From: a virus | IMG/VR virus record: IMGVR_UViG_3300029118_000005 | Strand: one strand, 5' to 3' | DNA length: 64,000 nucleotides | Part shown: positions 36,253 through 44,538 of the stretch, in pieces | How the letters are laid out: each line of letters begins with the position of its first letter | Position numbering within the stretch: position 1 is the stretch's first letter | Made by a program: the position numbers and the translations under genes | Notes under the pieces: model-generated | Databases searched by the model: none | What the model saw: only the letters and a program-made list of their open reading frames with translations | What the model was told of the DNA's origin: nothing

Positions 36253-36690
36253 TTAAACTATTAAGGCTATAATTGTTGTCGCTAAAAATACAATAGTTGT
36301 AAGCATAAATATTTTTTGATTGCGTTTTAGGCCATAAAGAGTGTTGAATGCATCGGCAACGATCATTTGCTCATTGGAATACCGGGCTGTATAATTGCTG
36401 CCGAGTAGTTCTTTTAAAAAATCATCTTGTATGCGACTCAGGCGTTCAAAACGCTTTCGATAATTTCTAAGTTCCCATCTAAGATCTATTTCTGTATAAG
36501 TACTCCATTTATCGCTTTGAATGGCTTCGCAAAACTTTTTGTATCCTTTGTATTCTTCACTACTTCGAATTACATGAGAAGAACAATTCAGAAATTCTTT
36601 TGCTTCTTCTAGGCGCAGATACTCCTCTCCTGTCCATATCATTACATTTAGACCATTTTTTGAAGCTTTTAAGGCGTCTTCGTATGTCAT
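36253..36690 (-). CDS. tail-anchored membrane protein
   Basis: 145 aa with a single C-terminal TM segment (IFMLTTIVFLATTIIALIV). Confidence 0.45.
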   Translation of the reverse strand: MTYEDALKASKNGLNVMIWTGEEYLRLEEAKEFLNCSSHVIRSSEEYKGYKKFCEAIQSDKWSTYTEIDLRWELRNYRKRFERLSRIQDDFLKELLGSNYTARYSNEQMIVADAFNTLYGLKRNQKIFMLTTIVFLATTIIALIV

Positions 36691-36834
36691 AAAAGATTTT
36701 TCTCCTTTCCTAAGTGTTTGGCGACAGTTTTCTAAGTTTTCCGCACTTTAGCACGGCAAAATTCATTTCCAAACTCTTGTTATGGGCCTTTAAAATCGAA
36801 TATATTACATATGTTTACTATGTAAACGTAAAGT

Positions 36835-37224
36835 TTACTCGTGATGAGTTGCCTTAAATCCCCATTCTGGCAAGAAATTGATCTCATAATGGAACTTGTC
36901 TACCTCCGAACCAGAGATGTCTTCGACCACATACATGGTGTAGTCGTTCAAATACACATAATCTTTCTGATATTTGCCTTCGGCAGTCTCAATAATGACT
37001 TCGAGTTCATTTGATGAATTGTTCTTTAATGCAAATGTTCCAGTCAGCTCCAGAAGAACTGTGTCGGTTCTTGCGTTCAGAACAGTAAGCTTCCTAGTCA
37101 CGTTGAAGTTGTCTGCCTGCTTAGAGATATTAGAACTTACCTGATCAGCTTCTGTACAGCCAATGGCTGCACCAGAAAGCATCACTGCGGCTGCAAGGGT
37201 AACAATTAGTCTTTTTAATTTCAT
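36835..37224 (-). CDS. lipoprotein (beta-sandwich type; superinfection-exclusion candidate)
   Basis: Signal peptide with lipobox LSGAAIG/C. ATGA overlap with the methyltransferase gene. Confidence 0.65.
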   Translation of the reverse strand: MKLKRLIVTLAAAVMLSGAAIGCTEADQVSSNISKQADNFNVTRKLTVLNARTDTVLLELTGTFALKNNSSNELEVIIETAEGKYQKDYVYLNDYTMYVVEDISGSEVDKFHYEINFLPEWGFKATHHE

Positions 37225-37949
37225 TGTCCATGTCCTCCATTGGTTGATTCGTTAAATCTTTTTACGCCATTTGAAAAAATATCGGGGTCTTTTTCAAAAC
37301 AAATGTAATGGCGACCAGTATTCACAGCTGCTATTGCTGCTGTCATGCTTCCAGCACAGATATCAAGTACTGTGTCGTTTGGGTTACTATATGTCTTAAT
37401 CAACTCTTCGATTAGTTTAACTGGCTTTTGTGTCTGATGATATCCGTTTTCATTTGAAAATCTCCACACAGATCTTGGATATCTTTGTGTGCTTTCATAG
37501 TCAGTTGGTGTATAGTTTCCGTAGCATTTTGATGTTGCTTTCTGAGTTTTTCGAACCCGTTTAACAGGCATACCGTTTTTCATTTGCGGATTGTATGTTG
37601 GCAAACACTTATAGAACACGCAAATATCTTCATGCGCTCTAAGTGGCATACGGTTCGCGTTGAGAAATCCAGATGCATTTGCTTTTTCATAAATCAAATT
37701 ATAGTGCCACATTTTGCAATTGCTTTTCATCAAGTCTGCCGTGAACATACCAGATGCAAAGAGGATAATTGCACCATTGTCTTTGATTATGCGGTTAATG
37801 CCCCCCCATAAGTCATCAAACGGAATCGGAGTATCCCATTTATTTCTTGTAATCCCGTATGGAAGATCTGTGCAAACCATGTCAATCGACTTGTCAGGTA
37901 TACTTTTCATTCCATCTCTGCAGTCAATGTTAATCATGACATCGATCAT
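37221..37949 (-). CDS. orphan DNA methyltransferase (N6_N4_Mtase, beta class)
   Basis: TDLPYG catalytic motif near the N-terminus. The C-terminal TQKPVKLIEELI and VLDICAGSMTAAIAA form the SAM-binding region. No restriction endonuclease partner is nearby. Confidence 0.8.
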   Translation of the reverse strand: MIDVMINIDCRDGMKSIPDKSIDMVCTDLPYGITRNKWDTPIPFDDLWGGINRIIKDNGAIILFASGMFTADLMKSNCKMWHYNLIYEKANASGFLNANRMPLRAHEDICVFYKCLPTYNPQMKNGMPVKRVRKTQKATSKCYGNYTPTDYESTQRYPRSVWRFSNENGYHQTQKPVKLIEELIKTYSNPNDTVLDICAGSMTAAIAAVNTGRHYICFEKDPDIFSNGVKRFNESTNGGHGQ

Positions 37950-38084
37950 CGGTACACAACCTTCTTGCTAACCTCGGCAACGCTGATTCCGGCTGCAGTT
38001 CGCCGTACCTCAACATCTTTACCTTTTTTGAGTGCCGCCGCTATAAGGGCGGCTTGCTCCACAACTTTTGTTTGCAAATCATCT

Positions 38085-38450
38085 TTAATCAACTAGTCCT
38101 GCCTCCTTCCACGCCTTATACAGTTTCTCACCATTCCATGCAATCCAATCAATCATCTCTTCATTCACTGCCCATCCCTGCATCGAAAAATTTGAGTTGT
38201 AGACAAGTCCAGACTCGTTAAGGAAAGCGTGTACAATTTCATGCCTAAGAACTTGTTTCATTCGTCCTGCTGGGTCAATTGCGATTGGATCACAGTCTGG
38301 GCTGGTAGTCTGGTCGATGATGAAGATTTTTTTACTATATGGGTCAGTCCATCCATCACAACCCTCACACGTTTTATACTGATCGTGTTGAACTACTGTA
38401 ATCTGATACTCACATCCGAGTATCGTTATACTATTTTTTGGATTCATCAT
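38085..38450 (-). CDS. small HExxH zinc-metallopeptidase-like protein
   Basis: VLRHEIVHAF motif in a 121-aa protein. Similar layout to 54244..54582. Confidence 0.5.
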   Translation of the reverse strand: MMNPKNSITILGCEYQITVVQHDQYKTCEGCDGWTDPYSKKIFIIDQTTSPDCDPIAIDPAGRMKQVLRHEIVHAFLNESGLVYNSNFSMQGWAVNEEMIDWIAWNGEKLYKAWKEAGLVD

Positions 38451-38465
38451 GTTATTATCTCCGTT

Positions 38466-38738
38466 CTACAATTCAATCGAACACATTCCAATACACTGTG
38501 GTGTGTCAAAAATCTTTTCTCGCATTCGCCTGGTGCAGACATATCTGCCTTCCTTCCAGTTAATGCGCGCGTCTTTTCCTTCATCGCAGGTTATGGTTAA
38601 ATCTCCGACATTGAATGGATTTCCGTAGGCTTTCCAGTCTTCGACAATGTAGTGGAACATATCTTCGACAGAATCAAAGATTCTCATTTCTGCCATTGCA
38701 TCATTCAAACCGCCTCTGTGTGGTCTATATTTCACCAT
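38466..38738 (-). CDS. hypothetical protein
   Basis: 90-aa ORF, operon-packed. Confidence 0.45.
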   Translation of the reverse strand: MVKYRPHRGGLNDAMAEMRIFDSVEDMFHYIVEDWKAYGNPFNVGDLTITCDEGKDARINWKEGRYVCTRRMREKIFDTPQCIGMCSIEL

Positions 38739-38741
38739 GAA

Positions 38742-39011
38742 TCAGTCCTCCTCAAAAGCATAGCCTTTGATTTTATTGTCAACAAATTGAATCTGGCTAG
38801 GATTTACCTCACCCATCGTGCCGTCCTTATACTCTACAAGCCCAAATATCATGCTCATTTGTCCTTCTGGGCAACCGCCAATGTACAAATCCGCTGCAAC
38901 AGGCTTTGCAAAATTTTCCCACATATGGAATAACGCTTTCTTTTCTTCGCCATTTTGAGTTACAATACATGGACGAACCCCAAAGTTGATTTCTATGTTC
39001 TGCATTTGCAC
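38742..39011 (-). CDS. hypothetical protein
   Basis: 89-aa ORF with a GGAGGTG RBS. Confidence 0.45.
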   Translation of the reverse strand: MQMQNIEINFGVRPCIVTQNGEEKKALFHMWENFAKPVAADLYIGGCPEGQMSMIFGLVEYKDGTMGEVNPSQIQFVDNKIKGYAFEED

Positions 39012-39019
39012 CTCCTAGT

Positions 39020-39084
39020 GTACGTGTATACTTGTATCAACGTACATATATAGCTAGCATAATGTACGTGTATATAGCTAGCAA
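39020..39084. promoter_or_regulatory. duplicated GTACGTGTATA and TATAGCTAGCA boxes (operator candidates)
   Basis: GTACGTGTATA at 39020 and 39065; TATAGCTAGCA at 39050 and 39074. The same GCTAGC-centred box recurs at 49.46-49.55 kb. Confidence 0.5.
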
Positions 39085-39099
39085 ATGTGCGTTGGCAAG

Positions 39100-40110
39100 T
39101 TAGAACAAGTGTTTATAGAACAGTATTTCTCGGATGCTGCCAGACATGTAGTGCGATAAACTTTTTACAATCACTCCATGTTTGCTGCCGTAATCAGTTT
39201 TTAGATATTCTTCAATCAGAACCTTGTTACTTTCAAGGTCATCATAGTCATCCTTCAAGGATTCTGGAGACTTGATGTAGCTTCGTGTAACTCGTTTAAG
39301 GCTCTCATCTGATAGATTCTTAGCGTCAAAGCCCGTAGATGCTTTGTATTGGTGGTTAAACTCAAAAATAATAGCAGTCAGGCTGTTATATTCCTTGTCA
39401 ACCCAGTCATTTTCCTGTTGCTCTGTGGTAAAGATGTTTTTCGGATTGTTTGAATACAGTCTGTGAAGCTCATCTTTAAGAACTGACTCCTTAGACTTGA
39501 TAAAATCATCTGGATCAACATCAGATTCTTTCTTTTGGGTCTTGTGCACTGAGTTTTGAGCACTTTTAGTGCGCGAAACCATGTATTTATCTCTATTGTC
39601 AACTTTAGTTGATAATAGAGCATGTTCTTTATCTGTATCACTTAAACTACTGTTATACTTAATATCTATTGTATTACTTATCTGTGGACTTTTTTCAACC
39701 CCACCCTGTTGATTTTTCTCCATACCCCCACATGGATTTTTTTCCATGTTAGAAGAAATAGATTTTTCATTGACAAAAGAATCAAAAAATTTCTGAGTGA
39801 GGATAATGATTCGCTTGTCGATTTCTTTAGTGTTTTCTTTGTATTCAAAGATTCTTTCAATCAATCCCAGTTGTTCAAATTTTAAAAGCATCTTTTGGAT
39901 ACTATTTTCTTTTAAGCCAATGAAGTTGGCAAAATGCTTGTTAGAAGCAAAACAGCCTTTGTCTTTTTGAGTAAGGCTGTATATCTCAATTAACAAGAAT
40001 TTCTCTCTAGGACTTAAATCCGGTGATAAATAAAGACGTTCTGGAATCCAGATTCCTTTAAAATCTCTGCCCTCCGATATTACTATTTCTTTTTTTGCCT
40101 TCTCTGACAT
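39100..40110 (-). CDS. winged-helix replication-organiser-like protein
   Basis: N-terminus GIWIPERLYLSPDLSPREKFLLIEIYSL...CFASNKHFANFIGLKENSIQKMLLKFEQLGLIER is the pattern of phage replisome-organiser / DnaD-type N-terminal HTH domains. Confidence 0.5.
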   Translation of the reverse strand: MSEKAKKEIVISEGRDFKGIWIPERLYLSPDLSPREKFLLIEIYSLTQKDKGCFASNKHFANFIGLKENSIQKMLLKFEQLGLIERIFEYKENTKEIDKRIIILTQKFFDSFVNEKSISSNMEKNPCGGMEKNQQGGVEKSPQISNTIDIKYNSSLSDTDKEHALLSTKVDNRDKYMVSRTKSAQNSVHKTQKKESDVDPDDFIKSKESVLKDELHRLYSNNPKNIFTTEQQENDWVDKEYNSLTAIIFEFNHQYKASTGFDAKNLSDESLKRVTRSYIKSPESLKDDYDDLESNKVLIEEYLKTDYGSKHGVIVKSLSHYMSGSIREILFYKHLF

Positions 40111-40210
40111 CTGTTTTACCTCCTGTGCGATAATGTATTCCTGTGATTACAAATCAGTTGCCAGGCAGTCACAGGTTCTGCTTTTCGGGAGCTACCCTAG
40201 GCAACTGGAG

Positions 40211-40294
40211 CGCCGCGAGAAGGATTCGAACCCTCAGTCCTTTTACAGATCACTAGTTTTCAAAACTAGCCCAGTACCATTGTGGCATCGCGGC
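40211..40294 (-). tRNA. tRNA-Ser (anticodon UGA)
   Basis: Hand fold: acceptor GCCGCGA/TCGCGGC perfect; anticodon stem CTAGT/ACTAG with loop TTTGAAA; long variable arm; T-arm GGGTTCGAATCC. Confidence 0.75.
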
Positions 40295-40298
40295 AAGA

Positions 40299-40383
40299 CG
40301 CAATCGACAGGGGTTGAACCTGTAAGCCGAAGAAACGACCGACTCCTTAGCGGGGAGTTCCAATACCATTATGGGACGATTGC
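40299..40383 (-). tRNA. tRNA-Ser (anticodon GCU)
   Basis: Hand fold: acceptor GCAATCG/CGATTGC perfect; anticodon stem ACTCC/GGAGT with loop CCGCTAA; long variable arm; T-arm ACAGG TTCAACC CCTGT. Confidence 0.75.
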
Positions 40384-40389
40384 AAAAAG

Positions 40390-41202
40390 TTAAATATTCC
40401 TCCATTCATCTTCCGAATATTCTTTTATTTCAGTTGACTTTTTAGGTAAATTGTATTTATCACACCATTTACGTATCGCATTGTCCGACACACCAAACAT
40501 AATTCCGATCTGAGTAAATGGAACAGTCCTGATTAGTCTCTTTAACTCCTCACGGGTTATATTTCTTAATGGAGTGATCGTTTTCTTTGGAGACTTTTTC
40601 TTCTTTTTCTTTTTTCTGTGATATTTTGAATAACAAAGATAGCAAAGATTGCTTTTATTGTTTTTTCTAATCGTTTTACCACATTTTTTACATGTGTTTC
40701 TAGCTCTCTCTTTTATTCTTTCTTTTACTTTTTCTGAATTATATACTCCGAAGTTGTCTGTTAAACTATGACAATTAGGACATAGAATTTGCAAGTTTTC
40801 CAACGAATTGTTATCATGATTTCCATCAATATGATGTAATTGTAATTTAATCGGTTTTCCCATCCATTCGGAATTTCCACACAATTCGCATCTTTTTTCT
40901 TTATACCCAAGTTCTATGAGCTTATTTTTAAGTTTGTGACTATTAACTTTTGTATTTGGCATCAACTTTGACTGAATGTCATAAACTTCCTTTCGATTTT
41001 GGTTGCATTTCAGTATATAATTGCGTTTATTTTCTTCAAATTTAGTGGTATCTAAATTGTATTCTTCTATGATTCTTTTTAGTGTTACAGTACTACTCGC
41101 ACTTTTTATTCCTGCTAATTCCAATATTGATTTATATGTACTATGCGTGTCAATCAAGGATTGTAATTCTTCAGGAGTGAAATTATACAGCTTACTACTC
41201 AT
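40390..41202 (-). CDS. HNH homing endonuclease
   Basis: CELCGNSEW...LQLHHIDGNHDNNSLENLQILCPNCH. C-terminal HTH and a lysine run. Inserted between two tRNA clusters. Confidence 0.8.
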   Translation of the reverse strand: MSSKLYNFTPEELQSLIDTHSTYKSILELAGIKSASSTVTLKRIIEEYNLDTTKFEENKRNYILKCNQNRKEVYDIQSKLMPNTKVNSHKLKNKLIELGYKEKRCELCGNSEWMGKPIKLQLHHIDGNHDNNSLENLQILCPNCHSLTDNFGVYNSEKVKERIKERARNTCKKCGKTIRKNNKSNLCYLCYSKYHRKKKKKKKSPKKTITPLRNITREELKRLIRTVPFTQIGIMFGVSDNAIRKWCDKYNLPKKSTEIKEYSEDEWRNI

Positions 41203-41259
41203 TTAGACTCCTTTTTATATCGTAAGAGAATTCTTATAAGAATTATCTGTTGCTAATAT

Positions 41260-41330
41260 TGCGGAGAGATGGACTTGAACCATCAACTCTGGCGTATGAA
41301 GCCAGCAAGCTCCCTTTGCTCTATCCCGCA
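41260..41330 (-). tRNA. tRNA-Met-like (anticodon CAU), acceptor stem imperfect in hand fold
   Basis: D-arm GAGC AAAGGGA GCTT; anticodon stem CTGGC/GCCAG with loop TTCATAC; T-arm GATGG TTCAAGT CCATC. The acceptor strands TGCGGGA / (T)CTCCGCA need a bulge or mismatches. Confidence 0.55.
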
Positions 41331-41331
41331 G

Positions 41332-41403
41332 TGAGTGATAGGAGACTCGAACTCCACAGTCTTAATTAAAGGTTAAGTGCTCTACCAGCTGAGCTAATGG
41401 CAC
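41332..41403 (-). tRNA. tRNA-Lys-like (anticodon UUU), acceptor stem poorly paired (possible pseudogene)
   Basis: Canonical D-arm TAGCTCAGCTGGTAGAGC; anticodon stem CTTAA/TTAAG with loop CCTTTAA; T-loop TTCGAGT. The acceptor GTGCCAT versus ATCACTC pairs at only 4 of 7 positions. Confidence 0.5.
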
Positions 41404-41405
41404 AA

Positions 41406-41476
41406 CAGGGCTAGTTGGACTCGAACCAACAGTGCAGGAATCAAAATCCTGTGCCTTACCATTTGGCGATAACCCC
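41406..41476 (-). tRNA. tRNA-Gln (anticodon UUG)
   Basis: Acceptor GGGGTTA/TAGCCCT (two G-U pairs); D-arm GCC AAATGGTAA GGC; anticodon stem CAGGA/TCCTG with loop TTTTGAT; T-arm GTTGG TTCGAGT CCAAC. Confidence 0.75.
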
Positions 41477-41491
41477 AGCGTGATCTTATCC

Positions 41492-41659
41492 TCACAAACC
41501 ACTGGCTGTCAAGACAAGATTTATTGCAAAGAACACAGAAAGCACTACAGAACTGATAAGTCTTTCTCTGGATCTTTTTTCGTTAAGCCACCCTATAATG
41601 GTGATCAGCATAAAGATGTTGAAAAGAGATGCCAGAATGCGGAGAATAAGAACAAACAT
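41492..41659 (-). CDS. possible 55-aa two-TM membrane peptide (below ORF-track cutoff)
   Basis: My translation is MFVLILRILASLFNIFMLITIIGWLNEKRSRERLISSVVLSVFFAINLVLTASGL. TAATG stop/start overlap with mazG. Confidence 0.35.
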   Translation of the reverse strand: MFVLILRILASLFNIFMLITIIGWLNEKRSRERLISSVVLSVFFAINLVLTASGL

Positions 41660-42000
41660 TAAATATCCCCTTCCTTTCTGTGGAGTGAATTTTCAGCTTT
41701 GAAGCCGTCAGGATAGCGTTCCCAAAGCTTCTTGTTATTTTTAATCGCAATATCCTCAAGAGAGGTATCAAGTGCCTCAGCAGTAAGTGCCAGATAATAC
41801 AGCACATCGCCACACTCCTTGATAAGATGCTCTCTATCAAATGGATGCCCCTGAAAAATCTGCTTTTTAAGAAGATCAACAAGCTCACCTGCTTCACCTG
41901 CAGTACCAAGGATACCATTCATAAGCATGTTTTCCTTTGTTGCTTTTGTTACGTCTGATGCGGTTCTCATTACACCGCGCTGATATTCATTAAATGTCAT
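41659..42000 (-). CDS. mazG: MazG-like nucleotide pyrophosphohydrolase
   Basis: GILGTAGEAGELVDLLKK and ECGDVLYYL (EExxE-type metal site); 113 aa. Confidence 0.8.
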   Translation of the reverse strand: MTFNEYQRGVMRTASDVTKATKENMLMNGILGTAGEAGELVDLLKKQIFQGHPFDREHLIKECGDVLYYLALTAEALDTSLEDIAIKNNKKLWERYPDGFKAENSLHRKEGDI

Positions 42001-42722
42001 TTTGTTTCCTTTCCAGTGATAAGATCACTATACGGCAATGTTTCAATCCAGTCGCAAAAATCTCGCCATTCGTCCAGTTTATGGTTTTGACGGGACTTAT
42101 GAATATTTGCCAAAACCTCATAATTCAGCATAACATTCCTAGTCTGATTATAGCTACTCGGCAATAGCTGAATCATCTGCCACCAGATATCCTTTTTGCT
42201 CGGGCATCCATTGATTTCAAAGTCATCTGGATTATAGTTGGCATACATTTTTCTATAATCATTCAATGCTTTTATTGTTTCTTCCAAAATTCTGCGTGTT
42301 CGAACATCAAGGTGATCGTGACTAAAATCGTCCCATGTAAATTCTTTCTCAGCAATCCTATGCATAGTACTACATGAATTTGCAACTGTACCGACCTTGT
42401 AAGTATCAAATTCTTTCCACCAATAAAGTGGTGCTGTAATACGGACATAAACCGGCATCATCCGCATATATTTACGATGATCTGTTCCGGATTTAGCCAA
42501 TTTGAGCATGAGTGTGCGATCATTATAGCCAAGTTTATATTCCCCATTTCGTGGGCAAAGATCGTCTCCAGTGCATTCGGCATTACACAATTCTTCACAA
42601 TAATAAACACATTGATAACCACTATCACTTTTATTCCAACTATTCATTGGATTCCGTATCCCTTCGATTACAAATTGCATCTGGTCAGGACTCGGTAACA
42701 CAGCATGTTCTAATTTAATCAT
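41997..42722 (-). CDS. ThyX-fold homologue with degenerate active-site motif
   Basis: ITAPLYWWKEFDTYKVGTVANSCSTMH aligns by eye with ThyX [24 protein letters not shown], but RHR is replaced by DTY and S.RY by STMH. Confidence 0.5.
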   Translation of the reverse strand: MIKLEHAVLPSPDQMQFVIEGIRNPMNSWNKSDSGYQCVYYCEELCNAECTGDDLCPRNGEYKLGYNDRTLMLKLAKSGTDHRKYMRMMPVYVRITAPLYWWKEFDTYKVGTVANSCSTMHRIAEKEFTWDDFSHDHLDVRTRRILEETIKALNDYRKMYANYNPDDFEINGCPSKKDIWWQMIQLLPSSYNQTRNVMLNYEVLANIHKSRQNHKLDEWRDFCDWIETLPYSDLITGKETK

Positions 42723-43006
42723 AAAAACTCCTCTGCGTTGAATGCTTCTTTTTCACATTCGATAAAATATTCCAAAATTTTATCGAAAAATACATATTCG
42801 AAATATTCCGGAAGTTGACGAGTGTCAAGGTTTTCCGGTAAACAAAGCTCAAAAGCATAGTTAAAGCGGTGCAGAGTACCATCATATAATTTTTTATTAA
42901 AAGTAACAGTTATGTGGTTAAAACACGGTGGCAAAGCTTTAGCATCAATTCCAAAAGACTTGCTAAGCTTGATTAGCACAGAAATGCATTTGTCTATATT
43001 ACTCAT
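42719..43006 (-). CDS. hypothetical protein
   Basis: 95-aa ORF with a 4-nt overlap onto the neighbouring gene. Confidence 0.45.
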   Translation of the reverse strand: MSNIDKCISVLIKLSKSFGIDAKALPPCFNHITVTFNKKLYDGTLHRFNYAFELCLPENLDTRQLPEYFEYVFFDKILEYFIECEKEAFNAEEFL

Positions 43007-43019
43007 AGATGTTCCTTTC

Positions 43020-43247
43020 TTATCGAGTTGCTGACAAAATAATCTTGTTATTACACTGCGGGCAGATGATGTAATACTCTTTCGCTTGAATAGGTTTTGG
43101 CAGTGAATAGTCTAGCTCAGCAGCTAATGATTCACAAGACGGTAATGTGTTTTTTTGGACATCAGTTGCCTCATCATAACTTAAAAGTGCACCGCAATGC
43201 GAGCAACCAATTTGCTGTAATGTACCAGGTTTCAGAATTTTTATCAT
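43020..43247 (-). CDS. zinc-ribbon small protein
   Basis: CSHCG ... CPQCN in 75 aa. Confidence 0.45.
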   Translation of the reverse strand: MIKILKPGTLQQIGCSHCGALLSYDEATDVQKNTLPSCESLAAELDYSLPKPIQAKEYYIICPQCNNKIILSATR

Positions 43248-43522
43248 TCCACATATCCTCCTAAATTTCGGTTAATCACCTTGTCAACCTCGACAGACTT
43301 GACGATAAAGTGTTCACTGATTTCTTTTTCAATTTCAGAATCACTTATTCCATCGTAGTATCTAGCATGGTCGCGATATTCATTTATGGTTTTTTTATAT
43401 TTAACTTTTGTTTGCTCAATAGCGGCTTTTACTTTATCTTTGGACTGAAAGACACCAATCAATTTGAGCAAAGAACCATAGGAATCAAAATAGGAATCAA
43501 AAGTTAAAACGAAAACTTTCAT
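43244..43522 (-). CDS. hypothetical protein
   Basis: 92-aa ORF, overlap-coupled. Confidence 0.45.
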   Translation of the reverse strand: MKVFVLTFDSYFDSYGSLLKLIGVFQSKDKVKAAIEQTKVKYKKTINEYRDHARYYDGISDSEIEKEISEHFIVKSVEVDKVINRNLGGYVE

Positions 43523-43530
43523 AAGACCCC

Positions 43531-43962
43531 CTAGCTTCGCTTTGAGGCAAAATCTTTAAGTGTTCCAAGAAGTGCCTCTTTTGACCCAAATTCTGGAAGC
43601 TCCAAGATTAAAGCAGCTCTACAAAAGCTGATTGTAGCATCAAGCCCCAAAACAAGCTCTAATTGCTCTAGCTGTTCTTTACCTATAGTATTTGCCATTG
43701 AATGAGCTGAAATTGATTGTGGGGCATTCTGTGGCTTTACAGCGGTATTTTGAGAACTTGACTTAGCAGCCATTATATTATTCTGCTGCTTAGCCTTAAC
43801 CATAAAGTCCAAAATGTACTGACAAAGCTCTTGACGCTCTTTACATGCTTTTATTTTATTTGCATCTGGATTAGGCGCAGCTGAGAAATCGTTGATCTGC
43901 TTTTGATATCCAGAAATGACACCTTGTAACCATGTTGTTGCATTCTCAAATTTTGTTGCCAT
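43531..43962 (-). CDS. hypothetical protein
   Basis: 143-aa helical ORF. Confidence 0.45.
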   Translation of the reverse strand: MATKFENATTWLQGVISGYQKQINDFSAAPNPDANKIKACKERQELCQYILDFMVKAKQQNNIMAAKSSSQNTAVKPQNAPQSISAHSMANTIGKEQLEQLELVLGLDATISFCRAALILELPEFGSKEALLGTLKDFASKRS

Positions 43963-43970
43963 TACTCCTC

Positions 43971-44162
43971 CTATTCATCCAAAGGGGATATTGCTTTAAC
44001 AAACTCGCGAGGAAAGAAAGCTTTTGAGCTAGAAGTGCAAGATGCGTAAAACAATTCTTCGTTGGTTAGATAGCCATAGTATCCGTCTTGTGGATTACAA
44101 TAAGCTTCTATTGTTTCGCTTGTGCCGTCAATAAATTTAACTAAAACTAATTTTCTTTCCAT
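43971..44162 (-). CDS. hypothetical protein
   Basis: 63-aa ORF with a GGAGGAG RBS. Confidence 0.4.
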   Translation of the reverse strand: MERKLVLVKFIDGTSETIEAYCNPQDGYYGYLTNEELFYASCTSSSKAFFPREFVKAISPLDE

Positions 44163-44165
44163 TGC

Positions 44166-44378
44166 TTATTCCTCCGGCATGTAGTAGATATCTGGTGAGA
44201 AGCTAGAAGCGGAAATATTTAATTCCTCAAATACCTCGGCTGCTCTGGCTGGAGTCTTATACTCTGCAAGTACCATGTCTTGGTTTGCAGTCCTTGCAAA
44301 GATAGTTTCATCACGTCTCAGCAAAGCAACGTTACAAAACTCAACAGATTTGGTTTTACACTGTGAAATGATTCTCAT
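44166..44378 (-). CDS. hypothetical protein
   Basis: 70-aa ORF. Confidence 0.4.
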   Translation of the reverse strand: MRIISQCKTKSVEFCNVALLRRDETIFARTANQDMVLAEYKTPARAAEVFEELNISASSFSPDIYYMPEE

Positions 44379-44538
44379 TAGATAACCTCCTGTTCTTGTG
44401 TTCTATCTGGCATGTAACCATTTGGGTAACGTTTATTCGTTTACGATTGATTCCGTGTCCTTCACGGCACAACTGGCAAACCAGTATGTCACCGCAATGC
44501 TGACATTCATCGGTTATTTCTTTTGTTGATATTTTCAT
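44356..44538 (-). CDS. small Cys-rich protein (start trimmed to MKISTKE)
   Basis: CQHCGDILVCQLC. The start overlaps the upstream stop. Confidence 0.35.
   Translation of the reverse strand: MKISTKEITDECQHCGDILVCQLCREGHGINRKRINVTQMVTCQIEHKNRRLSNENHFTV

Noticed and set aside
40133-40393. 86-aa plus-strand ORF
   Set aside because: It lies exactly antisense to the two tRNA-Ser genes, and its 'protein' mirrors tRNA sequence.
40585-40625. Long A/T-rich homopolymeric tract in the HNH gene as a phase-variation or slippage site
   Set aside because: It encodes an in-frame lysine run (RKKKKKKKSPKK) in a linker. There is no alternative frame of interest. Cannot be excluded, but there is no supporting evidence.
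41583-41918. 111-aa minus-strand ORF and the plus-strand ORF 41432..41662
   Set aside because: The first is an out-of-frame overlap of the well-supported mazG gene. The second is antisense to tRNA-Gln and the small membrane ORF.
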